NCBI GenBank assembly: GCA_021432655.1
Contig: MU271303.1
Span: forward strand, 1 to 64,000
DNA: 64,000 nt
Direction of reading: 5' to 3'
Source: Atractiella rhizophila
Lineage: Eukaryota
A program made the position numbers and the translations under genes. The notes below the pieces were generated by a model. The model was not told the DNA's origin, did not search any database, and was given only the letters and a program-made list of their open reading frames with translations. This document shows positions 50,701 to 63,039 of this stretch, piece by piece (positions within the stretch are counted from its first letter, which is position 1; the number at the start of each line of letters is the position of its first letter).

Positions 50701-51818
50701 TTACACGTGTTAGTCAAAGTGTGATAGGCAGCTGATGAAGCATCTCCCAGCATTCCAATCCCTTCCATGAGAACACTTCCTTTTGAGGTGTTGCGTATTG
50801 GCTTCTTCTACTAAACCAGCTGTGAGTAATACAAACATGTGTGGGGAACAGGAACATACATCAGGATCCTGGAGCAGCAACAGGCAAATTGCATGCTTCC
50901 TGCAATGCCACAACATTAGCTTCAAAGTCGTTCACATCTACAATAGGACTATCCCACAAGAAACATTCTGTAGACGGATAGAGACAGTACGGACATGCTG
51001 TTGTTGGGGTTGGAGCACCGTCACTGGCATGCTGGATGGTATCATGGTCAGTGGCAGTCTAGAAAGGATGGACGCAGCGTGGTGGGTGGGCTAATTAAGA
51101 CGAGTGGTCCATGTCGATGCTCCATGCTCCTTGCTCCACAAAGGCACTCCCCTTCTTCGACGGCCAATGGGATTGAGGTACTGGTTTAGAGGTAAAAGTC
51201 GTCCTGTACTTCGAGGAGACATTGTTGAGGGGGGATGTGTGAGACAGTCGCAAGGTAGCTAGCTTTGCGAAGAAGTGGATAGGGGCCAAACGGTTCCGGC
51301 ATGGGTGGTGAGTCCTATACAATTGCAGGTTAGTTGTGAGACAGGACAGGAAAGCACACTTACATATTCCATCCTCACATCTAACTTGTGAGGAAAGCGG
51401 ATGTTGTTGCATGAAAGGTCTGTGTAGGTCCGTGATGGTTAGATAAGGATGCAAAGGTGAAAAATGGCTTCCCTTGATGCGGATCCTTGTGCTGTATATG
51501 GGTAGATAATGTGACCTTGCCTTCATGTCCTTATTCTCCTCGCCTGCACCATTGTCACCCTCGTAATCACCATCACCATCTTCTTATTCAATCTTGGTTG
51601 GACTGCCATCTCCATCCCCAGAGCTACTATCTGGCACCACATCACAATGTTTCTTGGCAGTGCGGTCTCTGTGTCCAGCAAATGAAAGTAATCAGCTTAG
51701 CAAAATGGAGACAGAGAGGCACACCTAAGCCATTGGACCCGTGGTCCCTCCTATTTATGACAACACAAGCTGGGGCTGCCCTCGCCCCTCGGGGGGACCA
51801 CATCTAGTTTTTGCTGTT

Positions 51819-52265
51819 TGTTAGGGCTGACACTATGCCCGGTCACTGATGGGTGATGCGTCTGTAGTGGAGATAAACCTAAGAGAATACTGTAAGGTCA
51901 CCTCTACTACTCTCTGATCCATATATGCAAGCGGAATAACACTGCCACAGAGTGTAGAGGAGAGCAGATGAAACATGTAAGAGAACTAAAAAGGGGAAGT
52001 GACAGTGGGATTATGTGGAGTTAATAAGAGGAGAATAGACACAAATGGGCTAAGGGGTGATGCAGGCGCAATGGGTGAACAGGCGACCGGGCACCGATTT
52101 GCACTGTGTGCAAATAGGTGACGGGGGATGCAGAGTGGCGACGGTTCGCAGATGTGTGTACAATGCAAATGGGCGAACAGGCGCCGATTCGCGGGTAACG
52201 CAAATGGGCGATAGGAGACGCAATCCGCGAACGGGCACCGATTTGGGTAAGATGCAAACCTGACA
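51819..52265 (-). mobile_element. Solo LTR, family A subfamily 2, inverted
   Basis: Reverse complement of TGTCAGGTTTGCATCTTAC...GTCAGCCCTAACA; homologous to 57353-57918. Confidence 0.85.
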
Positions 52266-52559
52266 GACTGGGGCGCTGCAAAGTGCGACCTTGAAGGTGC
52301 TAATAGCATGTCTATGCTTGTCTGTCAACTTTCAGCTTCTTGGGATGCGTCCAAGTGCTCTCTTAATCGCTCCTGGTTTGGTCTTTCCATCTGGACGCTT
52401 GTCAGGGAGTTAGTGGAGCTGCTAGTGCTAGAGGTCATAAACAATCTGTGATCTTTCGAATCCCGGTATTAAATTCTGGAGGCCCCCTGCACCAGCGGTG
52501 CTGAGCAAAGTTTTTGAGGGAGTGTTACATCTCGTTTTATTCTTCACATTGAAAGAAGG

Positions 52560-53770
52560 CACTCTAAACCACCTTCAGGACATCACTCGTCGACATGCAG
52601 ACTCCTATATCTACCGCGATGGTAAACTATACTTCGTCCAGAAAGGAAGGGAATACTGCTGCGTCCCGAAGGTAGAGGTGAAAAGCCTAGTCATAGCAAG
52701 TCATGAGAAGCAACGACACGGAGGGCGAGATCTGACACTTTGGCACATCAAACAACACTACTACTGGCCAACTGTGCAAGCAGAGACCACAGAATTTGTG
52801 CTCTCATGCCCAGAATGCCAACATTTTGGTCCCTCCAGTCGAAATTTCCTCTTGCACTCAATACTCAAACTAGCGTCACTCGCCTCATTTGACGTCCTTA
52901 CACTTCCTGAGTGCAAGAATGTGCACATGTTTGGGAAACCGGTTTGTAAAGTCACGATAGCATGTGATCACTTTACAGGTTTCAGATGGCAGTAACGTCA
53001 TCAAACGAGAAGGCAGAACTTGGGATGCGAATCTTCAACAAAGCTGTAAGTCATGCTGGACCACCTCTACATGCAATGTTCAATGGAGGCAGGACGTTCA
53101 ATAATGAGGAGCTGAAAGCACACATCCCCATTGTACACTTCACACCCGCCCTCCAGCCCTCCACAAATGGTTTCTTCGAGAACAAAAACCACTTATACCT
53201 TGAGCACTGCCACAGGAATGCACCACCAGGTGAAACCGATGCAAACAGCACCTGGGCAATTAGGATGGAGGACGACATCAACTCCATCAACCGAGACTGT
53301 ACAAGAAGCCATAGCTTCATGCCCACAGAGCTTGCACAGCTGGAACCCATCTGAACGCCAAGCACTGACACCAACAGATGTTTGAGACCTAGTTATGAAA
53401 GAGAAAGGGGGGGAACCATCGAGGAAAGAAGTAGAAGTATACATCACTCAAATGGAAGCAAAACGGGAACAAGCCTTTGTGAATAGGATGAGGTATGCAG
53501 GGAAGATGAAGGAGAACTTTGATAAACATGCACACCCAGTCAAGTTTGTGGTAAATGATCTTGTAATGATATTAGACAGTAGCATTTGAACCTAACACTC
53601 ACGAAAACTGGAAGCATGGTGGTTTGGGCCATTCAGGATTGCCGGAAAGCGGGGGAAGGGGGAAGGTGAGGAATCTGACAATGCGCAATCATGGATTCTA
53701 GAGACGCTCACAGGGTCGCCCTTGGTGGCCATTTTCACACCCAATGACTGAAACACTTCCATGCGAGAAG
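52560..53770 (+). mobile_element. Degenerate Ty3/Gypsy integrase fragment (family B)
   Basis: HHCC motif (HEKQRHGG...YYWP...CPECQ), core fragments and WWFGPFRI (GPF/Y); many stops. Confidence 0.8.
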
Positions 53771-53929
53771 AGAGCATGAAGGCCTTTAAGAATCTCAGTT
53801 CTATTTTAATAGTTCATTTGGATTTACGTGTATCTGTTTGCTTTCTCCAGGATAAATCATTTTGTTTCTCCTGACCAGTCTCCTTACCCCTAATGAGTTT
53901 TCTCTCCTTGAGTCAGCACCTGTGGTAGC

Positions 53930-54290
53930 TAAATGTACGTAAGAAGATGGAGAATCAACTACCAGCACCACACCACTCACAACTCGTACAACCCCCCACT
54001 AAGAACCGCTACACCATTTGGGCCAATACTTGTCTATATTCTTCATTCAGCAACAATGCTAAAGTTTCAAGGGCCTAAAACCTGCTGCTTTCTCCACCAA
54101 TGACCAGATGGAAACTCACTGAACATTTCCTTCCCAAATTCATCCAGATCCTGAAATGCCTGATATACCAGATCATCCTTTAATTCTTCTGATGAAAATA
54201 GTTTCTCTATGACCTGTCGAATATCACTGTAGAAGAGCTTAAATTCTTGTTTGCAGCAGGTGAGGACTGCTCCATGCCAACTTGTGGTAG
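53930..54290 (-). mobile_element. Plavaka-like transposase fragment
   Basis: LFYSDIRQVIEKLFSSEELKDDLVY...GKEMFSEFPSGHWWRKQQ resembles the Plavaka motif LYYRD...LF...LYSE..TG.WW..Q. Confidence 0.6.
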
Positions 54291-54292
54291 TA

Positions 54293-54407
54293 GCCATTGT
54301 TGACCACTGAAGAGAACGTCAACGGGTTGCTGAAACGAATGGAGACGACTAAGCCTGAAGAATCAGGCAATTTTTGGGTAGCTGGAGAACATTGGAAAAG
54401 CTTCTGA
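54293..54407 (+). pseudogene. SDR copy 5, last-exon fragment
   Basis: LTTEENVNGLLKRMETTKPEESGNFWVAGEHWKSF then stop; followed by the conserved 3' region. Confidence 0.8.
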
Positions 54408-54769
54408 GCCGAGGGTCGCAATGTTGTCATCTTGAACGATTGTTTAGGTTTAAGGCATTTTTTTCCTGAGAGATAACATGACATGGCTATATTCATGACT
54501 GAGGGATGAAAGAAATCAAATCATGTTGGAAGTTGAAACTGGAAGCTCTATCGAAGGCTCAAATTCCTCAATTTGGTTGTCTTTACACAGGAAGCACAAT
54601 CGAAATGGAAATCCCGTTCGTCATCCGAACAGAGCGATTTTGAAACGGGATTTGATTGCGGGTTACAACTCACTGAGGTCTTCTCAACATGGTGTATTGA
54701 AGTTAGAGTGGTACTTGTATGACTTGTTGTTTGACTCAAACAGAACTGTTCGACGTCAGTGCAAACGTA

Positions 54770-54848
54770 TTCAACGAGAAAGTTGAGAGATAACCTGGTC
54801 TATCTCTCTTTCTTGGTTTGTCATGTATGTCCTCGCCGTACCAACCAT
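54770..54848 (-). pseudogene. Small patatin 3' fragment
   Basis: MVGTARTYMTNQEREIDQVISQLSR then stop; matches 24922-25000. Confidence 0.75.
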
Positions 54849-57352
54849 GATGTTGTCAGGATGGCTGCAGACCTACAGCTAACCAACTGAACTAAAAGAG
54901 CAATGATGGGTGTTTACACCCATCATGGTCTGTACTTAAGGTATATCAGAGGCTCGAACCCTGAGAGATGTTCAGGAAGAATGAGTAGGATGAAAGTGAT
55001 TGGGGGCCTAACATAAATCAAAATCCAATTCTAGATCCTTGAGTACACATTACACTCATTCTAGTTGCAAGTGAACTTCTGCTTCACCTCACCAAAGTGC
55101 ATGCTGCTCTTCCTGATGCTCTCTACACCTGCACACTGGGATTACGTGAAAATCTCTATATTATTGCATTCTATGTTCAATTATCAAATTGTAAATCCTA
55201 TCAAACGCTGGAATCGCCTGAAGAACAAATCTATGACAAGCCGAAAGCTGAGGTTTCTAACTATACTTCTCCTGCATCACTTCGAAACCGCTTCTCACAT
55301 TGTTGCCAATAGCAGGCAAATGACCGATTCATCACAATTTGATAAAAATTGAAAGAAACTTGGACCAAAAGCACCTGCGATTCATCAAAAGTAGGATCAG
55401 CCTCCATTTTTGGATAGATTTGATACTGAAACAGCAAATAAAGGCTTTCAAACAATATAGATGGAGATTGGCAGTTTGACCACACACCTTTGAAAGGATG
55501 CAGGCCTAGTAGGTATTAACACTGGTCAGCTGTTGGGCTGGAGGTGATGGATCCACTTGATCTTAAATCCGAGTGCCTCTCCGTAATATTGCACAAATAG
55601 GATAAGGAACTCAGGTTAGAGACCTGCAATTGGATCACATTGTTCTTATCATTGTCATAATAATGTGTGCTACTGTCATCATCTCATCTTTTCATTGCAA
55701 AATTCCTCAACTTGACAAACACAATGTGCTTTCCCTTCAACGTCAGCAAGAGCACCTCAAAGCAGCCCATGTGGAATGCAAGTGGACAAGTGTTTCTGAC
55801 TGGGTTAAAAAGTCGGAGACAAAGGTGCATCTTCATTTCGCTGCTAAAGTGATCGAATGGGGTCAACACTCAAATGTATCATGTCAGGCTTGCCCTACGC
55901 ATTACCGAAATGCACCATCTGAAGTTACGTGACCTACTTCACCACATCATAGGATCATGTGCTTACCCGTTGCCTCTTTGCTCATGCTGCGCTATCCGCC
56001 GCTTTCCCTCTTCTCACACGGATCGCCGCTCAGCAAACCTTATACATTTCACCGGTCTGCACCATCCCCATTTTCGTCTTGTCATCCCTTTTCACTAGTA
56101 TTGCTCAGTACATCTTTTTCCCGATTATTCCCTTTATTATTTTCCTGATCTAGCTATCCTACATGTTTCAAGAAACATATGTTACAGTTTATGGCAGTGC
56201 CTTTACATATGTATATATACATCGAGATGTAGTGGTGGTGACCTTAGAGTATTCTCTTAGGTTTACCTCCACTACATGTTAGTCTTCTCATGCCATACTA
56301 TTCACTTAGGTTTACCTCTACTACAGAAGCATCATCTGTCAGCGACTGCACATAGTGTCAGCCATAACAGAAGAATACTCTCTCTCCTTTTCAAAAGCAA
56401 ACTTAGAAAAATGTTGGAGGTTTGGGGAGATATGGAAACGCATAAATCGCCGATGAGTGAAGAACGTATCTATCACTTAGAAAGGATGTTCCAAACTCTA
56501 CACCTCACAACTGAAAAGCAGTTCAAAAAACTCGAACAAGACCTCAGATCAAGTTTCAACCAACAAAATGCGCAAAAACACAAACAACCAAATTTTACAA
56601 TTGCTGGACTCCAGATTACCTCCTCCTAGAGACAGTGGAACCACCTCTCCTTTTTTATCACGAACAGACCCAATACCTCAAACTTACTCTTCTCCATCTA
56701 TGCCTCAAACTGCCTAAGTAGCACCATATGCAGGTATTAATCTTGCTCCACCTTCGATCTTCAAAGGAGTACCCAACACAGCTCCAACATTTGTACGCGA
56801 AATTTACGTCTATACCTCTACTATTCCAGGCCAATTCCCGACCGAAAAATCCAAAATTCTATTTACCTTGCCTTACATGAAGGAAGGCGATGCGGAAAAA
56901 TTAGTTCCTGGGATTTTGTGCCGACTTGTTGAAAATGAGGAACAAATTTCGTGGGAACAATTCTTGTCAGAGTTCAAATTGCGCTTCTGCAAGTCTGACT
57001 ACAAACCCATTGCACAGACAAAGCTATCTTCCCTCCAACAAAAGGGAAACCTAGAATCCTACATCATCAAGTTTGAAGAATTGGCAAATCAGACTGACTT
57101 TAATGATAAGGCTCTTATTTTCTTCCTCAAACGAGGACTCAATCCTGGCTTACATCTCAACGTAACCCAAGGTGAGTTCCCGAAATTGCTGGAAGAATGG
57201 AAAGAAAATCTCGGCGAATTGATGCGGAAGAATCTGCACATTCAACCCTTCTTTTGGAACATCCATTGGCGAAAGACGGGCCTCAAAATACACTTCCCGC
57301 AACGAGAGACAGCTCGAAATTGACAAAACACAGAGAGAGCAGACCACCCGTA

Positions 57353-57918
57353 TGTCAGGTTTGCATCTTACGCAAATCGGCGCCCGTTCGCCAGATTGCA
57401 TCTCTTATCGCCCATTTGCGTTCCCTGCGAATCGGCGCCCGTTCGCCACTGCGTCTCCCGTCGCCACTGCGTCTCCCGTCGCCACTGCGTCTCCCGTCGC
57501 CACTGCGTCTCCCGTCGCCACTGCGTCTCCCGTCGCCACTGCGTCTCCCGTCGCCACTGCGTCTCCCGTCGCCTATTTGCACGCAGTGCAAATCGGCTCC
57601 CGTTCGCCCGTTCGCCCATTTGCGCCTACATCACCACTTAGCCCAATTGTGCCTATCCTCCTCTTATTAACTCCGCGTAATCCCACTGTCACTTCCCCTT
57701 CTAGTTCTCTTACATGTTTCATCTGCTCTCCTCTACGCTCTGTGGCAGTGTTATTCCGCTTGTATATATAGATCAGAGAGTAGTGGAGGTGACCTCAGAG
57801 TATTCTCTTAGGTTTATCTCCACTACAGGTTAGTCTTCATGTCATATCATGCACTTAGGTTTATCTCCACTACAGACGCATCGCCTATCGGCGACCGCAC
57901 ATAGTGTCAGCCCTAACA
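57353..57918 (+). mobile_element. Solo LTR (subfamily 2) nested in gag, TSD CCGTA
   Basis: TG...CA; CCGTA at 57348-57352 and 57919-57923. Confidence 0.9.
57444..57569 (+). repeat. 18-bp minisatellite x7 (CGCCACTGCGTCTCCCGT)
   Basis: Seven perfect tandem units. Confidence 0.95.
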
Positions 57919-60449
57919 CCGTATTGTATTGACCGAGCGCCGATCCGTCACCAAACGTCGCTGCACACACTCACAGAGCAAAAGACCCGACGACATGGAA
58001 GTCGATGCGACAGAATCTAGACCCCGTTGTCAACGATGCCAAAGATTAGGACCTGCACGATTTGCAAATCGCCGGTCATCCAGGCGTAAAATCGACAACA
58101 GCTCTCGTAAAAGGTACTACTGGTGGCCAGGTTTGGCGCATTATGTTCGCTGTTACATCAGCACCTGTCACACTTATCACAGAACAAAAAACTTTTCTTC
58201 GCCGCCTGTCAGCTTTTTGCAACCAAATGATATTCCCACACGTCGTTGGCAAATTGTTAGCATGGACTTGGTTAGACCACTCCTAGAATCTGGGGAGTTT
58301 GACATGATTTTAGTCATAGTTGACAGACTCTCGAAATGTACCCATCTCATACCTATCCATTCGACGATGGATGTAGAGGGCCTTGCAAGACTTTTCGCGA
58401 TCACGTATGGAAGTTAGATGGACTTTTTGATGTCACAATTTTCGATCGAGGCAAAGAGTTTGTGTCCAAATTCACATCGGCACTTCTTCACCTATTAGGC
58501 ATCAAAGGTTCACCATCGACAGCCTATCATCCACAAAGTGATGGTCAGACTGAACGTATGAACCAAGAGGTTGAACAATATTTGCGCATTTTCTGCAACC
58601 ATCTTCAGGATAGTTCGGCGATGGGCATAACAGCATTTTCGCTTGATTGCGTTCAACACCCCCGCATTTCTTTTGAACCGATCTCCGACGAGGACATCCC
58701 TGCAGCAGCCCAATTCTCGAAAAGATGCAAATTGCCGACTGAGAAGCACAAGCAGCTGATCTCATGGCAAAGCATTATGACAGAAAACACGCACCCGCGC
58801 CCGAATATCATGTCGGCGATTTGTCTGATTGAGCGCGAAAAACGTCAAATTGACAAGACCTGTCAAAAAATTGGACAGCAAATGGCATGGCCCTTTTCGC
58901 GTTTTATAAGTTTTGGGTCCCCTCAACCTTAAACTCAAGTTGCCATCCTCATGGAAGATACATCTGGTGTTCCATGTGAGCCTAGTATGAAAAGTCAATG
59001 AAGACGACATCCCCGGCAGAGTCCAATAGCCTAAACCACCTCCGGATCTAGTGAATGGAATTGAAGAATGGGAAGGGGAAAAATCGTTGATGGCAAATGA
59101 TTCAATATCCGTAATAGAGTTTTCAAATATCATGTTCGATACAAGGGGTATTCACCATCTGAGGACAAGTGGATCAGCATTGAAGATCTAGAAAATTCGT
59201 AGGATGATATAAAAGACTACCACACTCCACACCCTCTTGCAGTTCGTCCTGATTCCATACCAAACTCTGCCAAAAATCACCCAAATGTGACGAAAATGTG
59301 CTGAAGGGTCTTCCTCACTTTAAGGGTCCAACAACCCTATAGCCCTCGCTGGGTGAAATCCTAGTCTTTGGTACTTAGGTCAAGGCAAGGCGCCAACTTG
59401 CTCCTCAACGGGCAGGTCGACGATTTGGTTGTTGGTGAGTCCATTCGTTGCCTGTTAAAGGTGCTCATTGCGTTCTCGCACCATCACCAATGTCCCATTT
59501 ATGAAAACTGCCCTCAATCGCGAGATCCCCTCCTGCGCACTTTAAGAGGTCCTACTCCTCTGCATGCCTTGCTGGGTGAATACCCAGTCACATTGGTGAA
59601 CATAGGTCTAGGCGAGGCGCTGGTCTGTTCCTCAATGGACAAATCGGTGACCAGTTTGTTGATGAGTTACCCATCCCATTTTCACAAGATGGTCGCTTAT
59701 TGCACCAAAACAACACCGGTCAAATCCCGAAAAATCCCTCAATTGCGAGGTACACAACGCCCCCTTTCATCTCACGCCCTGTTCTGGTTTTGATGTTTAT
59801 GGTGTTCTATTTTTTGCTTTTATCCTTTTGTTTCCCATTTTTATTCGCTCGACAACACACTATCCCACAAGGAAGACAGACCGGCGACGAGCATGCAAAC
59901 CGCCAACACGTTATACTGTGCGTTGTGTCCACGAGAGGGTGGGCCAGGCCTATTTGGGGGCGACCCCCAAAATAAGCTTGGGTAGCTAGTGGGAGGAATG
60001 CCTGAGGGTCCTCCCCTAGATAGGGGAGTGTGAGTCTTACATCACCCACTTTGGCAATTGTCCCTACTCACTACCATCCCTTATGCCACTACGACACAAT
60101 TTACACTTGTCGTCGCCTGGCAATTCGCCGCGGATTACTGAGACACAAACCACATACATTTCAGAGCTCAAAATCACCACTCCGGACAGATTCCTCAGTA
60201 TCACTACTACTTGAAAAGGAAACAGAATACGCATCATGATTGGAATTGTCATAGGCCTCTTGGGCCAACGAAGGTTTTAGGTCGCCAAGTCAGAACTCGA
60301 TTTCGCTGGTACGACACCTTTTTGCAACTGGTGACGGGTTAGATGCCCTACAATACCTAAACAAAAGCTAGATAGTCAGACGTGTCGCCGAAAAGTGGAT
60401 AAACTGACCCTAATGGTCACATCAGCGATCACACCTTCCAGCACAGAAC

Positions 60450-61846
60450 CCTCACTAGCCCAATCCTCTGCAGCACAATGATCTTGAGTCTTTTGTACAA
60501 TTCCATTTGCAACTCAATGGCCTTAAGAGCGTCTGCCCCGCTTGTATATTCAACCTGGCTGCCGCCAGCATGGTTTGTACGAAATTCATGCTGAACGCTT
60601 CAGAGTACAACCAATGGGCGCTCAGCATCGAATGTGCGGGAGAGTCCTCTTCGGCATCCGACATGTTCTAGTAGTTGCTCTCAGTAAAAGCCGATGGACA
60701 TTTTTTCCTGTCACGGATGTGTTTAGGATGGAATGTAGTCGACAATACGACTAACGTGGAGAGCTCTCGAAAATATCCCAAAGGCAAGACCTCACACCTC
60801 TTTCGCGAACTGTGACAACACGAACAGACCCGACCAAACGCGGTTGCAACATGCCCAGCAGAGAAGTCGCATACCTGAGAGTCGTTGTCGGCCTTAGCTT
60901 TCTTTTTCGCCGTTTTGACAGGCGCCGCACGAATCTTTCCAGTACAATTGCTACATTGCTGCGTCTCGATGCTTGCCAACGTGGGAAGAATATGTGGATT
61001 CGTCCAAGCAGTCATGATAGCCAATTCCAGATCTACTTCGCCCAGATTGATGTTCACCGCGGCGTGAGAATAGGCCTCACGAGTACTGGACCAGAAGTAC
61101 CGGTATTTCACCACTTCCACTTTCTTGTTGCCAATTCGCACTTTCCTGTCGCACACTACAAATTCGGTGACTGGCGTATCGGCGAACGGGTTTCAATCTC
61201 CCAACACGGCAGGCAAAACAAAAGTAGTCGCAGTTACCAGATGGTCAGACACCGCCCTCATGACCCCAATCTCAGACCCATTCGCCATTGCACTCGATTT
61301 TGCGCGCACAAATTCTCCTCCGCTGCGCGACGCTTACTTTCAAGCGCCGCCGGTTTTCTTCCTCCTCCTCCTTTGCCAGACGCTTTTTCTTGTCGGACAA
61401 GAAGAGTTCTCGTTCCTTCCTCTGCAAACAGCGTCACCATTCGCCGATTCAGAGGGCTGAAACCTGAATTTCACCGCTTGTTCGACCCAGAGCCGAAGTT
61501 CATCCCACAATGCCTGCATTTCTTCCACAGACATCCACAGCAAGAACGACAACACGGGCCCATCACCAAACCCTTTCACGGACTCATAAACCGTTTGCAC
61601 CTTTCCACCACCGACGGGTTACCACACACACACAACCACACCATACAAGAGAGGAAATCTCGCCTCTGCTTGTACCTCATCACAAAATTGGATATACAAG
61701 GGGTAACACCTTCTCCTCCACTGCAACACATCGGCAAATCGTCCAAAGTTCACCTCTTTGGCCTTTTCCACATCCCAGTAAACTGTGTTCTCTTTCCTAT
61801 CCTTATTTGCCAAAATGAAGTCAAGAAGTTGCACATCGGTGGACAT
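60450..61846 (-). pseudogene. Antisense accessory ORF of the retrotransposon with Cys-rich putative Zn-binding motif, degenerate
   Basis: MSTDVQLLDFIL..., charged helical segment, and CSNC...C...CSCCHSSRKRC; interrupted by stops and frameshifts. Confidence 0.5.
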
Positions 61847-62399
61847 TTTGGGGAAAAAGAAGTGAGGAGGTGGTGGAGATCTGAGAAAATTTTTCGTCCG
61901 AACTAGCTGCAAACCTTAACCTTAAAATTCGTGACTCATGCACTCTAGTCAGAATTTTAGGGGTGTTGCCGGGCTTGCCCTTACACATTACTGAAATGCA
62001 CCGTCCAAAGTCCCATAACCTATCCTTCACTACTTCATACAATCACGTGTCTACCCATCACTGCTTTGCACATACCCACGCTATCCGTCGCTTTCCCTCT
62101 TCTCACACGGATCGCCGCTCAGCAAACCTTATACATTTCACCGGTCTGCACCATCCCCATTTTCGTCTTGTCATCCCTTTTCACTAGTATTGCTCAGTAC
62201 ATCTTTTTCCCGATTATTCCCTTTATTATTTTCCTGATCTAGCTATCCTACATGTTTCAAGAAACATATGTTACAGTTTATGGCAGTGCCTTTACATATG
62301 TATATATACATCGAGATGTAGTGGTGGTGACCTTAGAGTATTCTCTTAGGTTTACCTCCACTACAGACGCATCGCCTGTCAGTGACCGCACATAGTGTT

Positions 62400-63038
62400 G
62401 GGAATTGGCCTGGGATAGTAGAGGTGTAGACGTAAATTTCACGTAAAAATGTTGGAGCTGTGTTGGGTACTCCTTTGAAGATCGAAGGTGGAGCAAGCTT
62501 AATACGTGCATATGGTGCTACTTGGGCAGTTGAGGTATAGATGGAGGAGAAGAGGCTTGAGGTATTGGGTCTGTTTGCGACGAAAAAGGAGAGGTGGTTC
62601 CACTGTCCCTAGGAGGAGGTAGTCTGGAGTCTCGTAGTTGTAAATTTCGGTCATTTGTGTTTTGGACGTCAGACCTCAGTAGTGCAATTTCGTTCGCATT
62701 TTGTGAGGTTTGCACGCTTTGTTGGTTGAAACTTGATATGTGGTCTTGTTCAAGTTTTCTGAACTGCTTTTCGGTTGTAAGGTGGAAAGTTTGGAACATC
62801 CTTTCTAAGCAATGGATATGTTCTTCCGTTAGGTAGCGAGTCGCTGATGAGTGGCGAATCGCGCATTTCCATATTTTCCCAAACCTCCGACATTTTCTAA
62901 TCTTGTTGTTTTGAAAGGGAAGGGAGAGTATTCTTCTGTTAGGGCTGATGCTATCTGTGGTCGCTGACGGGGGATGTGTCTGTAGTGGAGATAAACCCAA
63001 GTGATAATATGACATGAGAAGACTTACCTGTAGTGGAG
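62400..63038 (-). mobile_element. Inverted fragment of the same Gypsy family (LTR 3' end, PBS, gag 5' part)
   Basis: Reverse complement is homologous to ~56265-56830 (LERMFQTFHLTTEKQFRKLEQD). Confidence 0.8.
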
Positions 63039-63039
63039 A

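Larger units (their letters stand above)
55882..62398 (+). mobile_element. Degenerate chromoviral Ty3/Gypsy LTR retrotransposon: 5' LTR 55882-56369, gag, integrase, chromodomain, 3' LTR ~61967-62398; PR/RT/RNase H not seen
   Basis: Gag: SWEQFLSEFKLRF, AQTKLSSLQQKGNLESYIIKFEELA. Integrase: AGHPG, YYWWPG, WQIVSMDL, VIVDRLSK, STAYHPQSDGQTERMNQ. Chromodomain: NGIEEWE...RYKGYSPSEDKW. Confidence 0.85.

Noticed and set aside
5560..54848. Starship or Helitron as carrier of the module
   Set aside because: No DUF3435 captain, Rep/helicase or consistent element termini seen; unit breakpoints differ each time.
57444..57569. CRISPR-like array or repeat protein (ATASPV, RLPSPL ORFs)
   Set aside because: Contiguous units with no spacers inside a eukaryotic LTR; the ORFs are by-products of the repeat.
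60812..61906. 364-aa plus-strand ORF
   Set aside because: Atypical composition; best explained as the antisense shadow of the minus-strand ORF.
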